The position numbers were made by a program, and so were the translations under genes. Below are positions 47,374 through 56,367 of a stretch of DNA of 64,000 nt, in pieces; the first letter of the stretch is position 1, and every line of letters begins with the position of its first letter. Under the pieces are notes generated by a model. That model saw only the letters and a list, made by a program, of their open reading frames with translations. It was not told the DNA's origin and searched no databases. Source of the DNA: an uncultured Gammaproteobacteria bacterium (GTDB taxonomy: Bacteria > Patescibacteriota > Microgenomatia > Levybacterales > GWA1-39-11); contig CAYRKM010000001.1 of assembly GCA_964425075.1 (NCBI GenBank), positions 601,827 to 665,826 on the forward strand. The letters run 5' to 3'.

Positions 47374-48702
47374 ATGAACTACCAGAATGAATTATTACAG
47401 CAACCAACTCAAACACAACCGCTGGTTATTGAATATTGTCTCTACGCACGAAAATCCACAGAAGATGACGAGCGCCAAGCGATGTCAATCGATTCTCAAA
47501 TTAAAGAGATGACTGACATGGCGATCAAAGAAGGACTCTTTATCAAAGAAATCAGACGAGAAAGTCATTCTGCTAAAATGTCAGGACAACGACCAGTCTT
47601 CAATCAACTTCTCAATGACTTAAGAAATGGTCTATTCACCGGAATTCTCACATGGGCTCCGGATCGATTATCAAGAAATGCAGGAGATTTAGGAATGCTG
47701 GTTGATATGATGGATGGCGGAAAACTCATTCACATTAAAACATTTACGCAGGCATTCTCAAACAGTCCAAGCGATAAATTTTTACTCATGATTCTCTGCT
47801 CTCAAGCAAAACTCGAGAATGACCAAAAAGGGATAAATGTTAAACGAGGTATCAGAGCTAAATGCAATATGGGATGGAGACCAGGGATGCCACCAATCGG
47901 TTATTTCAACAGAGCAATGGCTGGGATAAAAGATATTATTCCTGACCCTGAAAGAGCACCATTTGTGACAGAAATGTTTGAAAGAGTTGCGAGGAACGGA
48001 GATAGTGGACGAACACTCAAAAAATGGCTGGATACATGCCTTACAACAAGGGCGGGAAAGAGAGTCACGCTAAGTCAGATTTATCTCATGCTCAAGAATC
48101 CTTTCTATTACGGGGAATTTGAATATCCAATTGGAAGCGGTAATTGGTATAAGGGATCACATAAGCCATTAATTACCAAAGAGCTATTTGATCAAGTCCA
48201 GAAACAACTTACAGTGCCATTTAAAAAAGCAAAATGGGGAAGCAAAATGTTTACCTTCAAAGAACTCTTTAAATGTGCAAGCTGCGGATCATTAGTAATT
48301 GGTGAGGACAGATATAGAAAGAGAAAATATGGAGAGCCGAGGTATCATATCTACTATCATTGTACTAGACAAAAGAAGTACGGCTGTCCTGAGCCATACT
48401 TAACAGAAGAAAAGCTTGTAAAGCAAATTCTTCGATATCTTAATTTTATGTACATGGCACACCCGCAAATATTTACCTTCAAGGAATTTATAAAACAAAG
48501 CATGGAAGCATATAAGAAAATGAGAGACGAAATTCTCTGGGCGCAAGATATAAACCCTGAGAATAAGCCTGTACATTTTATGGATTATGCAAATTATATT
48601 TTCAGAAATGGAACACTGCAAGAAAAACGAGAAATAACGAATATCCTCAATCGACAACTCTATATACACAACGAAACGGTCACTTCAGTACCCCTTATCT
48701 AG
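47374..48702 (+). CDS. Large serine recombinase (paralog of 17457..18797)
   Basis: Same motif set; conserved upstream TGCGGTACCTTGT..CCTGA.ATG shared with paralog. Confidence 0.85.
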   Translation: MNYQNELLQQPTQTQPLVIEYCLYARKSTEDDERQAMSIDSQIKEMTDMAIKEGLFIKEIRRESHSAKMSGQRPVFNQLLNDLRNGLFTGILTWAPDRLSRNAGDLGMLVDMMDGGKLIHIKTFTQAFSNSPSDKFLLMILCSQAKLENDQKGINVKRGIRAKCNMGWRPGMPPIGYFNRAMAGIKDIIPDPERAPFVTEMFERVARNGDSGRTLKKWLDTCLTTRAGKRVTLSQIYLMLKNPFYYGEFEYPIGSGNWYKGSHKPLITKELFDQVQKQLTVPFKKAKWGSKMFTFKELFKCASCGSLVIGEDRYRKRKYGEPRYHIYYHCTRQKKYGCPEPYLTEEKLVKQILRYLNFMYMAHPQIFTFKEFIKQSMEAYKKMRDEILWAQDINPENKPVHFMDYANYIFRNGTLQEKREITNILNRQLYIHNETVTSVPLI

Positions 48703-49267
48703 ATGATTTTCTCTTTCGTTTCTTTAAAACAAAAGCAACTAGTCCTAGTCCCAAAGCACCTCCAATGATGGGTAAAAGCATATTTGTATTAACAGACTTC
48801 TCTACAGTTTCACTTGTCTGGGAACTGGATAAATCCTGAGTATAACCATTTGGTGAATATCCACTGCCAAGAACTGCTCTATCTTCTTCCGAAAGATTTC
48901 CTGTAACTTCTTTATTTCCCATGCATGCATTTGTTTTAAGGTTACCTGAGTCCATTTTTAGAAAAAGGAGATATTTTTTGTCCTCTTCAAACGCAAAATC
49001 GACAGACGTTACTGTACCTGGAGCTTCTTGTCCACTTACCTCAATCTGAGAAGGTCCACCATGACCTTTAAAGTATCGCTCGACATTAAATATAGCTGGA
49101 GTATCAGCTATACTTGTTACTCTACCTAACACGACAATATCTGCCTGTTCTTTATATTCAGCTAATGACACAGCAGGAGCACAGGAAGCAAAGGCAACAT
49201 GAGGAGTAAAGGATAAGAGCGAAAAAAGTGCGATTATAAAGGTAAATAGTATATTTCTAAGTTGCAT
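48695..49267 (-). CDS. Secreted protein with signal peptide and C-terminal TM anchor plus basic tail
   Basis: N-terminal hydrophobic leader; C-terminal LLPIIGGALGLGLVAFVLKKRKRKSSR sorting-signal-like segment. Confidence 0.4.
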   Translation of the reverse strand: MQLRNILFTFIIALFSLLSFTPHVAFASCAPAVSLAEYKEQADIVVLGRVTSIADTPAIFNVERYFKGHGGPSQIEVSGQEAPGTVTSVDFAFEEDKKYLLFLKMDSGNLKTNACMGNKEVTGNLSEEDRAVLGSGYSPNGYTQDLSSSQTSETVEKSVNTNMLLPIIGGALGLGLVAFVLKKRKRKSSR

Positions 49268-49466
49268 GTTTATAAAAGGATTATACCAAAAATTTTCTGT
49301 TTGAATCCTAACTCTGCGGTTAAGTAGGACATATATGAACCTTAGCCTTAATATGGGGATTTTGAGGGTGTTTTGCCGGTCCGAATGTTTCCCGTCTTGA
49401 AGGGGATTTTAGCAAGCCCCTTCAAGCTAAATAGGGAATACGGTCACTCTAGGGTGCCCGTCTCAG

Positions 49467-49537
49467 CTGGGAGTCAGGGATTTGAACCCCAATAAACAGA
49501 TCCAGAATCTGTTGTCCTACCATTAGACGAACTCCCA
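49467..49537 (-). tRNA. tRNA-Gln (anticodon CUG), U1-A72, discriminator G, CCA not encoded
   Basis: Manual cloverleaf: acceptor TGGGAGT/ACTCCCA, D stem GTCT/GGAC, anticodon stem ACAGA/TCTGT with loop TTCTGGA, T loop TTCAAAT. Confidence 0.7.
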
Positions 49538-49658
49538 AAAAATTTGTTCGATTTATTGCCATTCGTCTAATGTCGAACTCATTAGACGAACTCCCATTGA
49601 GTTCACATATTTTACTAGATTTGATCATTTATTGCTATTCTAGTGATAAAATTATGAA

Positions 49659-49991
49659 ATGAGGATTTGGGATTTGGACCCTAAAATTTTATGTAGAAAT
49701 CACCTACTCGGGGAACATAGGGAGCTTCATGCTCTTTGGTCTATTATTTCTAACAACAAAAAAGGGTATTCTAGACACCCAGAAACCCTAAGATGGCAGG
49801 GCAAGCTTAATGCATTATATTTGCGCCACGAAAAATTAGTAAAAGAGATGGAAAGTAGGGGGTATTCTCACCACAGCCCTCTTGATAAGAAGCTAGCTAA
49901 AGGTGGAAATATTCAGGAAATTTATGTACATACACCAGAAGAGCAGAAAGAAATTTTACGTTTGAAAAATTGTGAATGTAAGTTGAAATGA
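49659..49991 (+). CDS. Pyrimidine-dimer DNA glycosylase (T4 endonuclease V / DenV-like)
   Basis: N-terminal MRIWDLDPKILCRNHLLGEHRELHALW resembles T4 endoV N-terminus (MTRINL...QHLMAEYREL). Confidence 0.55.
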   Translation: MRIWDLDPKILCRNHLLGEHRELHALWSIISNNKKGYSRHPETLRWQGKLNALYLRHEKLVKEMESRGYSHHSPLDKKLAKGGNIQEIYVHTPEEQKEILRLKNCECKLK

Positions 49992-50102
49992 GTCAATTTC
50001 GCCTTGACTTAGCGTAGTTATTCAATTATTCTATATGTGTCTTCTTCAAGATATTATTTAAGGAATTGACAATTAGCAATTGATTTGCTAAACTGCTAAT
50101 CC

Positions 50103-52505
50103 ATGGCACAATCATACTCAAACTACAGCGAAAAACAAATCCCAGTTATACCAATCCGCGACGGAATTGTATTCCCTCACACTGAATCCATACTTACCTT
50201 TGGTCGAGAAAGAAGCCTAGCTGCTCTTGAGGCTGCTTTTGCGGGAGAAAGAGTCGTTTGTTTTGTTTTGCAAAAAAATCCTAGACAAGAAGACCCCGAG
50301 CTTTCAGATCTTTACCAAATGGGTACAATTGCCCACATTGAACGCATGATAAGAGCAGATGGTGAGGTAAATGCACTCGTTAAAGGACTTTCTCGAGCAC
50401 AAATTGTTTCATACTCTGAGTCATCTCAATTTCTTCAAGCAGTAGTTCATGAAATTGACGATTTTGAACCTGAAAATCCTGAAGTAAGAGCTCTTATGAA
50501 TCAGCTTACTACTTTGTTCAAAAAAGCCTTAAGTCTTGGAAAACAAGCCGACTTTTTGGTTTTCATGAATATTATGTCTGAAATCAACGCTTCAGAGTTA
50601 GCTGACCAAATAGCTTCCACTCTGGACATAAAGGGAAGCGAGAGACAAGAGATTTTGGAAACCATACCTGTTAGAAAAAGACTTGAGAAAGTCTATGAAT
50701 ACCTTTCAAAGGAAGTAAAAGTATTGGAGCTTGAACGAAAAATTGCCTCAAAAACCCAAGAACAACTTGAGAAAAGCACGAAAGACGCAATTTTGAGAGA
50801 AAGACTTAAAACAATCGAAAAAGAGTTGGGGGATACTGATGAGGGTGGAGAGATAAAGGAGCTTTCTGACAAAATCAAGAAAGCAGGAATGCCTAAAGAC
50901 GTTGAGGAAAAGGCCGTAAAGGAGCTTAAAAAGCTTCAACAACTTACACCATATAACCCAGAATCAGGGTATATCAGAAATTATCTAGAGTGGATTGTTG
51001 CGCTTCCTTGGAATGTAAAGACTGAGCGCAAGATTAATATAAAAGATGCTGAAAAGATATTGGATGAAGGACATTATGGCCTTCAGAAAGTGAAAGAGAG
51101 GGTTGTCGAATACCTGGCCGTTCATCAACTCTCAGGGAAAATGAAGGGGCCCATCCTTTGTTTCTCTGGACCTCCTGGAGTTGGTAAAACTTCAATTGGT
51201 AAATCAATCGCAAAAGCTTTGGGTAGAGAATTTGTAAAAATGTCACTTGGAGGAATTCGGGATGAGGCTGAAATTCGAGGGCACAGAAGAACATATGTTG
51301 GTGCGCTTCCAGGAAGAATTATTCAAGGCATAAAAGACTCAGGGACGAAAAATCCTGTTTTTATGTTAGACGAGATTGATAAAGTAGGAGCTGATTTTAG
51401 AGGCGACCCATCTTCAGCACTTCTTGAGGCTTTGGATCCAGAGCAGAATAGTGGATTTTCAGATCACTATTTAGAAGTTCCTTTTGATCTTTCTGACGTG
51501 ATGTTTATAACAACCGCAAATATGCTTCATACTATCCCGCCTGCACTTCGTGATAGACTCGAAATTATAAATTTTGCAGGATACACACAGGAAGAAAAAT
51601 TTCATATTGCAAAGGACTTTTTGACCAAAAAACAAGTCCAAGCTCACGGGTTAAAACCATCTCAAGTAAGGATTTCTGATGATGCTATTCAGCATATTAT
51701 TAATCGCTACACAAGAGAAGCTGGAGTTAGAGGTCTTGAAAGACAACTTGCTGCAATACTTAGAAAAGTAGCAAGAAAAGTGGCTGAGGGTGGAAAAGGA
51801 AAGATTGTAATAACTGGTAAAAATATCACGAAATTCCTAGGTCCTGAAAAATTTGCCTCAACAATTGCCGAGAAAAAGGACGAAGTTGGAATGGCAACAG
51901 GACTTGCATGGACTGAAGTAGGGGGAGAGATATTGTTTGTTGAGGTTGCTCTTATGCCAGGAAAAGGACAGTTAATTCTTACTGGACAGCTTGGTGATGT
52001 GATGAAAGAATCATGTCAGGCCGCAATGACTTATGTTAGGGCAAGGGCTAAGAAATTTGGACTGGAAGATGACTTTTACAAGCAAATTGACGTCCATGTT
52101 CACGTACCAGAAGGCGCAACACCAAAAGATGGTCCATCAGCTGGAGATACAATAACCACTGCTTTGGTTAGTGCTCTTACCAAAATTCCAGTAAATAGAC
52201 TTGTAGGTATGACAGGGGAGGTAACCATCAGAGGCAAGATACTTGAAATCGGAGGAGTGAAAGAAAAAATTATTGCAGCACACAGAGCAGGGCTTCGAAC
52301 AATAATTCTGCCAAAAGATAACAGAAAAGACTTAGAGGAGATTCCAAAAGAAGTTGCAAAGGACTTAAGGTTTATATTCGTATCTCACATGGATGATGTG
52401 TTAAAAGTTGCTCTTACAAAACCTCTTCCTGGATTTAGAGAAATAAAGGGAGAAAAAGAAAAGAAAAACAATCTTACTACCCCAACCCCTACCCTTGCTG
52501 ACTAG
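50103..52505 (+). CDS. lon: ATP-dependent Lon protease
   Basis: Lon N-domain, Walker A GPPGVGKTS, S16 protease Ser site PKDGPSAG and downstream Lys. Confidence 0.9.
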   Translation: MAQSYSNYSEKQIPVIPIRDGIVFPHTESILTFGRERSLAALEAAFAGERVVCFVLQKNPRQEDPELSDLYQMGTIAHIERMIRADGEVNALVKGLSRAQIVSYSESSQFLQAVVHEIDDFEPENPEVRALMNQLTTLFKKALSLGKQADFLVFMNIMSEINASELADQIASTLDIKGSERQEILETIPVRKRLEKVYEYLSKEVKVLELERKIASKTQEQLEKSTKDAILRERLKTIEKELGDTDEGGEIKELSDKIKKAGMPKDVEEKAVKELKKLQQLTPYNPESGYIRNYLEWIVALPWNVKTERKINIKDAEKILDEGHYGLQKVKERVVEYLAVHQLSGKMKGPILCFSGPPGVGKTSIGKSIAKALGREFVKMSLGGIRDEAEIRGHRRTYVGALPGRIIQGIKDSGTKNPVFMLDEIDKVGADFRGDPSSALLEALDPEQNSGFSDHYLEVPFDLSDVMFITTANMLHTIPPALRDRLEIINFAGYTQEEKFHIAKDFLTKKQVQAHGLKPSQVRISDDAIQHIINRYTREAGVRGLERQLAAILRKVARKVAEGGKGKIVITGKNITKFLGPEKFASTIAEKKDEVGMATGLAWTEVGGEILFVEVALMPGKGQLILTGQLGDVMKESCQAAMTYVRARAKKFGLEDDFYKQIDVHVHVPEGATPKDGPSAGDTITTALVSALTKIPVNRLVGMTGEVTIRGKILEIGGVKEKIIAAHRAGLRTIILPKDNRKDLEEIPKEVAKDLRFIFVSHMDDVLKVALTKPLPGFREIKGEKEKKNNLTTPTPTLAD

Positions 52506-52517
52506 GGAAGATAAAAA

Positions 52518-53591
52518 TCATTCGTTATAAGGTGTAAATTTCGTTAGATAATTATTTTCAATATCTTCTTTTTTTGCCAAGGTTACATCAACTACTATTG
52601 CTCCAATGTTTTTTTGCCCGTAAATAACCAATGAGTTTAATGGTGCAAAAAGTACGCTTGGTATTACCAATAAGTCTTCCTCGCCAAATATTTTGATAGC
52701 TAATTTTATATTTTCTTTAAATGCTTTAGTGATTGTTTTTTGGATCCCTAGCGCCGTCCTTGAATTTATAGTGCCAGGCTTGTTATTAAGAGCAACATTC
52801 ATAGCTGGAAGTGATGCAAGAACATCATTTGGTATTTTGGTTCTGGAGTTAATATGATCATAAATTGAAATGTTCGGAATAATACCTTTCTTGACAAGGT
52901 TATAAACGACAATATCGCCCACTGCGATTATAAATTTATCCTTTAATTCAAATGGCGCAAATTCTTTAACTATATACCCAAGTGGTTTTTTAAATTCTTC
53001 CCTGTATTTTTCCAAAAGCGTAAAGCTTTCTGCCTTACCAAAAAAGTCAGCATAATGAATTCCAAAGTCATTTGTAAGACCGAGTCTTATATTGCTTGAG
53101 GAAATTATTTCTCCAGCCTCATTTTTTAGCATTTCGACTTTTATGATTTCAAGAGGTGGGAAATTAATTTTTATTCTCTCCTCATTTATTCTTTCTGCAT
53201 TTTTTATATTGTCCTCAGTTACAAAAATCGCATCGATATTTTTCTCCTCCAATGTTATTCCATAAATATTCTCGATTGGTATAATTTCTGCCTGGGTAAA
53301 TAGATTTTCTGTTTTAAGAAAATTAATAAGAGCCGATTTCCTATCTTCAAAGGGTGCAATGGGGGAAGGAGTTTTGTTTTGCACAAAGTTATCGGAAGTA
53401 AGGCCAATTATCACCTTGTGAGACTTTTCAAACGCACTTTTAATAAAAAAGATATGTCCATTGTGAAGATTGTCAAAAGTTCCACCAATGACTACAGTGT
53501 TAAATTTTTTCATGAAGAAAGTTTGTGCTCTGATTATATCAGAGCAATCTATTTGAGGACTGGGGGAGGTTCGAATTAAGCTAGTAAACAC
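52518..53591 (-). CDS. Cytidylyltransferase-like (archaeal-type PPAT-like) domain fused to DUF359-like domain (candidate archaeal-type CoA biosynthesis fusion); start probably Met27
   Basis: VVIGGTFDNLHNGH (GxFDxxHxGH) nucleotidyltransferase motif; C-terminal region with AVGDIVV pattern reminiscent of DUF359 GTP-dependent dephospho-CoA kinase. Confidence 0.5.
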   Translation of the reverse strand: MFTSLIRTSPSPQIDCSDIIRAQTFFMKKFNTVVIGGTFDNLHNGHIFFIKSAFEKSHKVIIGLTSDNFVQNKTPSPIAPFEDRKSALINFLKTENLFTQAEIIPIENIYGITLEEKNIDAIFVTEDNIKNAERINEERIKINFPPLEIIKVEMLKNEAGEIISSSNIRLGLTNDFGIHYADFFGKAESFTLLEKYREEFKKPLGYIVKEFAPFELKDKFIIAVGDIVVYNLVKKGIIPNISIYDHINSRTKIPNDVLASLPAMNVALNNKPGTINSRTALGIQKTITKAFKENIKLAIKIFGEEDLLVIPSVLFAPLNSLVIYGQKNIGAIVVDVTLAKKEDIENNYLTKFTPYNE

Positions 53592-53785
53592 GAGTTTGGT
53601 GTGGGTTTGGGTTTCGTCGTAGCATTAAATCTGTGACCCGTAGGAGAGTCGAACTCCTCTTACTAGGATGAGAACCTAATTTCATCGCTACCTTGATGCA
53701 AGCATCAAGGGTAACCAATAGAATGTGACCCAAACGGGTTCGGAACCATATAGGCCTTATAGCGGTTCTTTGGACTGTCTCACCT

Positions 53786-53822
53786 TGAGGCTAAATGAGA
53801 CAAATGAGACACCATAAAAGAG
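53786..53822 (+). repeat. Copy B of conserved hairpin motif (GAGGCTAAATGAGACAAATGAGACACCATAAAA)
   Basis: Matches 22693-22730 with 2-3 substitutions; preceded by weaker ~50-nt similarity. Confidence 0.6.
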
Positions 53823-53872
53823 AATCGTATAGTCTTAAAATGATATAGTTTGATATATTTAAGGCAGTGCTG

Positions 53873-54319
53873 CTAATGTAGCTCGTAGAATTTTACATTT
53901 TCTCCATATGAGTATGGTGAATCGAATATTTTATGTTCAAAAATCGGCCCATTTGACCATTTTGAGCGAACCATTCCTTTTCCAAGATAAATACCAGAAT
54001 GGTAGATGATTGGAGCGATTTCTCTTTCAGTATCTATGTATAAAATTATGCAGTTTAGTTTAGGTTGAGGTAGCTCAACTAAGTTACCATCTGTTAGTAG
54101 TTGAAAGACATTTGGTGTGGGAAACCAAACGCCTTTATTGAATGTGAAGCCGTGACAATTCATTTGTCTCTCGCGTGTATCCGGCTCGCCAATAATTTTA
54201 AGACTTGAGGGGATACTGCTTTCTACTTCATCAAAGAAATTAGCATCAACCATACCTCTTTTTTTCATCAACTGATCAAGGCTTATTCTGGAACCTTGGG
54301 AATATTTTTTAAAATTCAT
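53873..54319 (-). CDS. Hypothetical protein (possible Cys/His papain-like hydrolase)
   Basis: Weak CHGFTF...IIYHSGIYLGKG pattern only. Confidence 0.3.
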   Translation of the reverse strand: MNFKKYSQGSRISLDQLMKKRGMVDANFFDEVESSIPSSLKIIGEPDTRERQMNCHGFTFNKGVWFPTPNVFQLLTDGNLVELPQPKLNCIILYIDTEREIAPIIYHSGIYLGKGMVRSKWSNGPIFEHKIFDSPYSYGENVKFYELH

Positions 54320-54451
54320 AGATTAGTAAAAAAAAGGGTAAAAACTTGTTCCTCGCAAGAACACACCTCATATAAGCTACTCCGGTTGTTTTGTGAAGTC
54401 TTTACCCTCAAAAATATTATAACACTGGATTAAAAATAGAAAAAAACGAAC

Positions 54452-55453
54452 CTAACTTATGAGGGTAACATTTGGATCTTCTGGAGCATTGTTTCTGATA
54501 ATACTTATGTATTTAGAATCTTTTGCAATTTTCTGAACCTCATCTAGATAATTAACAGTGTTATCCTTTTCAAGGTATACGATATTTCTCTTATGCTTCA
54601 TGTATTTCTTAATCAGATCAAGAGTTTCCTCTTCCCTCAAGAACTCACTACTGTCCATTGTGATTGTTACTTTCATTGGATTAAAATCTTCAGAGGAGAA
54701 TGATAAAGCCCATTTTGCCTGCTCCTCAACAGTCATATATTCGTGATATTTTCCTTTAACCATGTAAGGGGATACGACTGCAATGCCTGAGAGTGCGAAA
54801 AGTTGGATAGTTAGTAAAAATCTGTCCTCTCTCAATTCGTTATCAAGAATATAAAATATATCTACTCCCCGGCTTTGTATTGCATCCCAGAACTCAGTAA
54901 TAACAGTTGCAAAGTATGCGCGAGTATAATCATCTACCTGAGTAGCAGATGATGAATAACGATATGTATGATCTACTAAGAATATTGCTAAACTTTTAAG
55001 TTTTTCTTTATCGGGACTTACATCACGGAAAAAATTCCAAATATAGTTAGTTAATTGTTTTGGCAGTTCGGTTTTGTCATCATTCTTTCGCATCTCTGCT
55101 AGATAAAGGTCAATTTTCTCAATAATATCTGTAATTTTTAAAAGAAGGGTGTCAGATTTGCCTGAGGGGCTATCGTGTTGGCTTTTACTCCTCTCAACTA
55201 CCTTAAGTGCCATTTCCTCTTTTATGACATCGGGGACATTAGTATGCAAGAATATATCTTCAATTTCTTCCTGAACATCCCACAGGTGTTTTTTAAGAAA
55301 GTGGTACTTTTTTTCACCATTTTCTATCACACTAGTTGCATATAAATCCCCGTTTTCATCTGCAAGTTTGTCTATGGTTTCAATATCAACATCCCAGTAT
55401 TCCTCAAGAATTTCATCAAAATCTTTTATGAATACCTTATTTTTCTTATTCAT
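54452..55453 (-). CDS. Hypothetical protein
   Basis: ORF only. Confidence 0.35.
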   Translation of the reverse strand: MNKKNKVFIKDFDEILEEYWDVDIETIDKLADENGDLYATSVIENGEKKYHFLKKHLWDVQEEIEDIFLHTNVPDVIKEEMALKVVERSKSQHDSPSGKSDTLLLKITDIIEKIDLYLAEMRKNDDKTELPKQLTNYIWNFFRDVSPDKEKLKSLAIFLVDHTYRYSSSATQVDDYTRAYFATVITEFWDAIQSRGVDIFYILDNELREDRFLLTIQLFALSGIAVVSPYMVKGKYHEYMTVEEQAKWALSFSSEDFNPMKVTITMDSSEFLREEETLDLIKKYMKHKRNIVYLEKDNTVNYLDEVQKIAKDSKYISIIRNNAPEDPNVTLIS

Positions 55454-55475
55454 GCTATTACAAATTGTTTTGTTA

Positions 55476-55802
55476 TTATTTGTTTCTTTGGTGAATTACT
55501 TCTACTAACGCGTCGGCTACTTGATCGAGGCATCTGTCAATAATCTGGTTGGTAACATAAAAAGTACTAAAATCATCACCATCAGAGTAATGGCTTCTCT
55601 TAAAGTCTCTTGTTATTTGTGTGGGATCTGTAAAGTGTTGTAAGCCATCAACTTCGATGAACAATTTTGCATCCAATACTGCAATATCAACAGTCTTGTG
55701 CCCATCGTTATATTCCAATACAGCATTGATTCCCCTGGCTGTTAATGCGTCATATAACATTTTTGAATGTTGACTTGAGGAATTATTAATAGCTTGATCC
55801 AT
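55476..55802 (-). CDS. DUF559 / Vsr-like endonuclease-fold protein
   Basis: VDIAVLDAKLFIEVDGLQH matches DUF559 hhD...hIExDGxxH core. Confidence 0.6.
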   Translation of the reverse strand: MDQAINNSSSQHSKMLYDALTARGINAVLEYNDGHKTVDIAVLDAKLFIEVDGLQHFTDPTQITRDFKRSHYSDGDDFSTFYVTNQIIDRCLDQVADALVEVIHQRNK

Positions 55803-55843
55803 GACTTATTAAAATATAGCAGATTTGATAATACTCTGAAGGA

Positions 55844-56245
55844 CTACTCTAGAATTTCCTCAATTAATCCAATGACTTCAAATGCAAAATCATCAAGATT
55901 TTTATAATCTTTGAAAACTATTTTCTGAATACCTTTTGCACGTAATTGGTCGTTATATTCAGGAATCGAAGATATTCCAATGATTTCAGAGTCTTTGTAT
56001 TTATTAAGATCAAGAGCATGGAATGAGCCTCCGGCTTTACAGTCGCGATCTAAAAGAATTACATCAAATTTTTCAGTTGTACTTGGATTAATATGTTCTT
56101 CAACCTGCCAGTATTCAGAAAGTACCGTGATAGCAATATCTCTCCCTTCGTTTTGGATCCTTTTTTCAAGGAGGGTAAAATGTTTCAGAAGTGTTGCAAG
56201 CGTTTCGAGGTCATCTTCAAGAATTAAAATGCGATGCATTTTCAT
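55844..56245 (-). CDS. Standalone response-regulator receiver domain protein
   Basis: ILILEDD acidic pair, VILLDRD phospho-acceptor Asp context, ~130 aa. Confidence 0.55.
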   Translation of the reverse strand: MKMHRILILEDDLETLATLLKHFTLLEKRIQNEGRDIAITVLSEYWQVEEHINPSTTEKFDVILLDRDCKAGGSFHALDLNKYKDSEIIGISSIPEYNDQLRAKGIQKIVFKDYKNLDDFAFEVIGLIEEILE

Positions 56246-56367
56246 ATATATTGACTTACCTTAGCATATATTTCTCTGTTTGTGTAGCCTCAAATTAAAG
56301 TCATTATAGATGATAGGATTTACAAAATATTTGCTTTGAAAAATAACAGCGAGTATACTTTTTAGGA

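Noticed and set aside
47304-49600. Tyrosine integrase expected next to tRNA-Gln att-like repeat
   Set aside because: No tyrosine recombinase fold (R..HxxR..Y) is found in the window; the only recombinases are the two serine recombinases. The 17-bp repeat is therefore reported only as an observation.
53592-53872. Possible tmRNA, RNase P RNA or SRP RNA in the 280-nt intergenic gap
   Set aside because: No conserved tmRNA tRNA-like ends (no GGGG...ACCA acceptor), no RNase P P4 (AGGGUGAAA/ACAGAACC) or SRP domain IV motifs seen. Only the partial tRNA-Glu-like half and palindromes are present.
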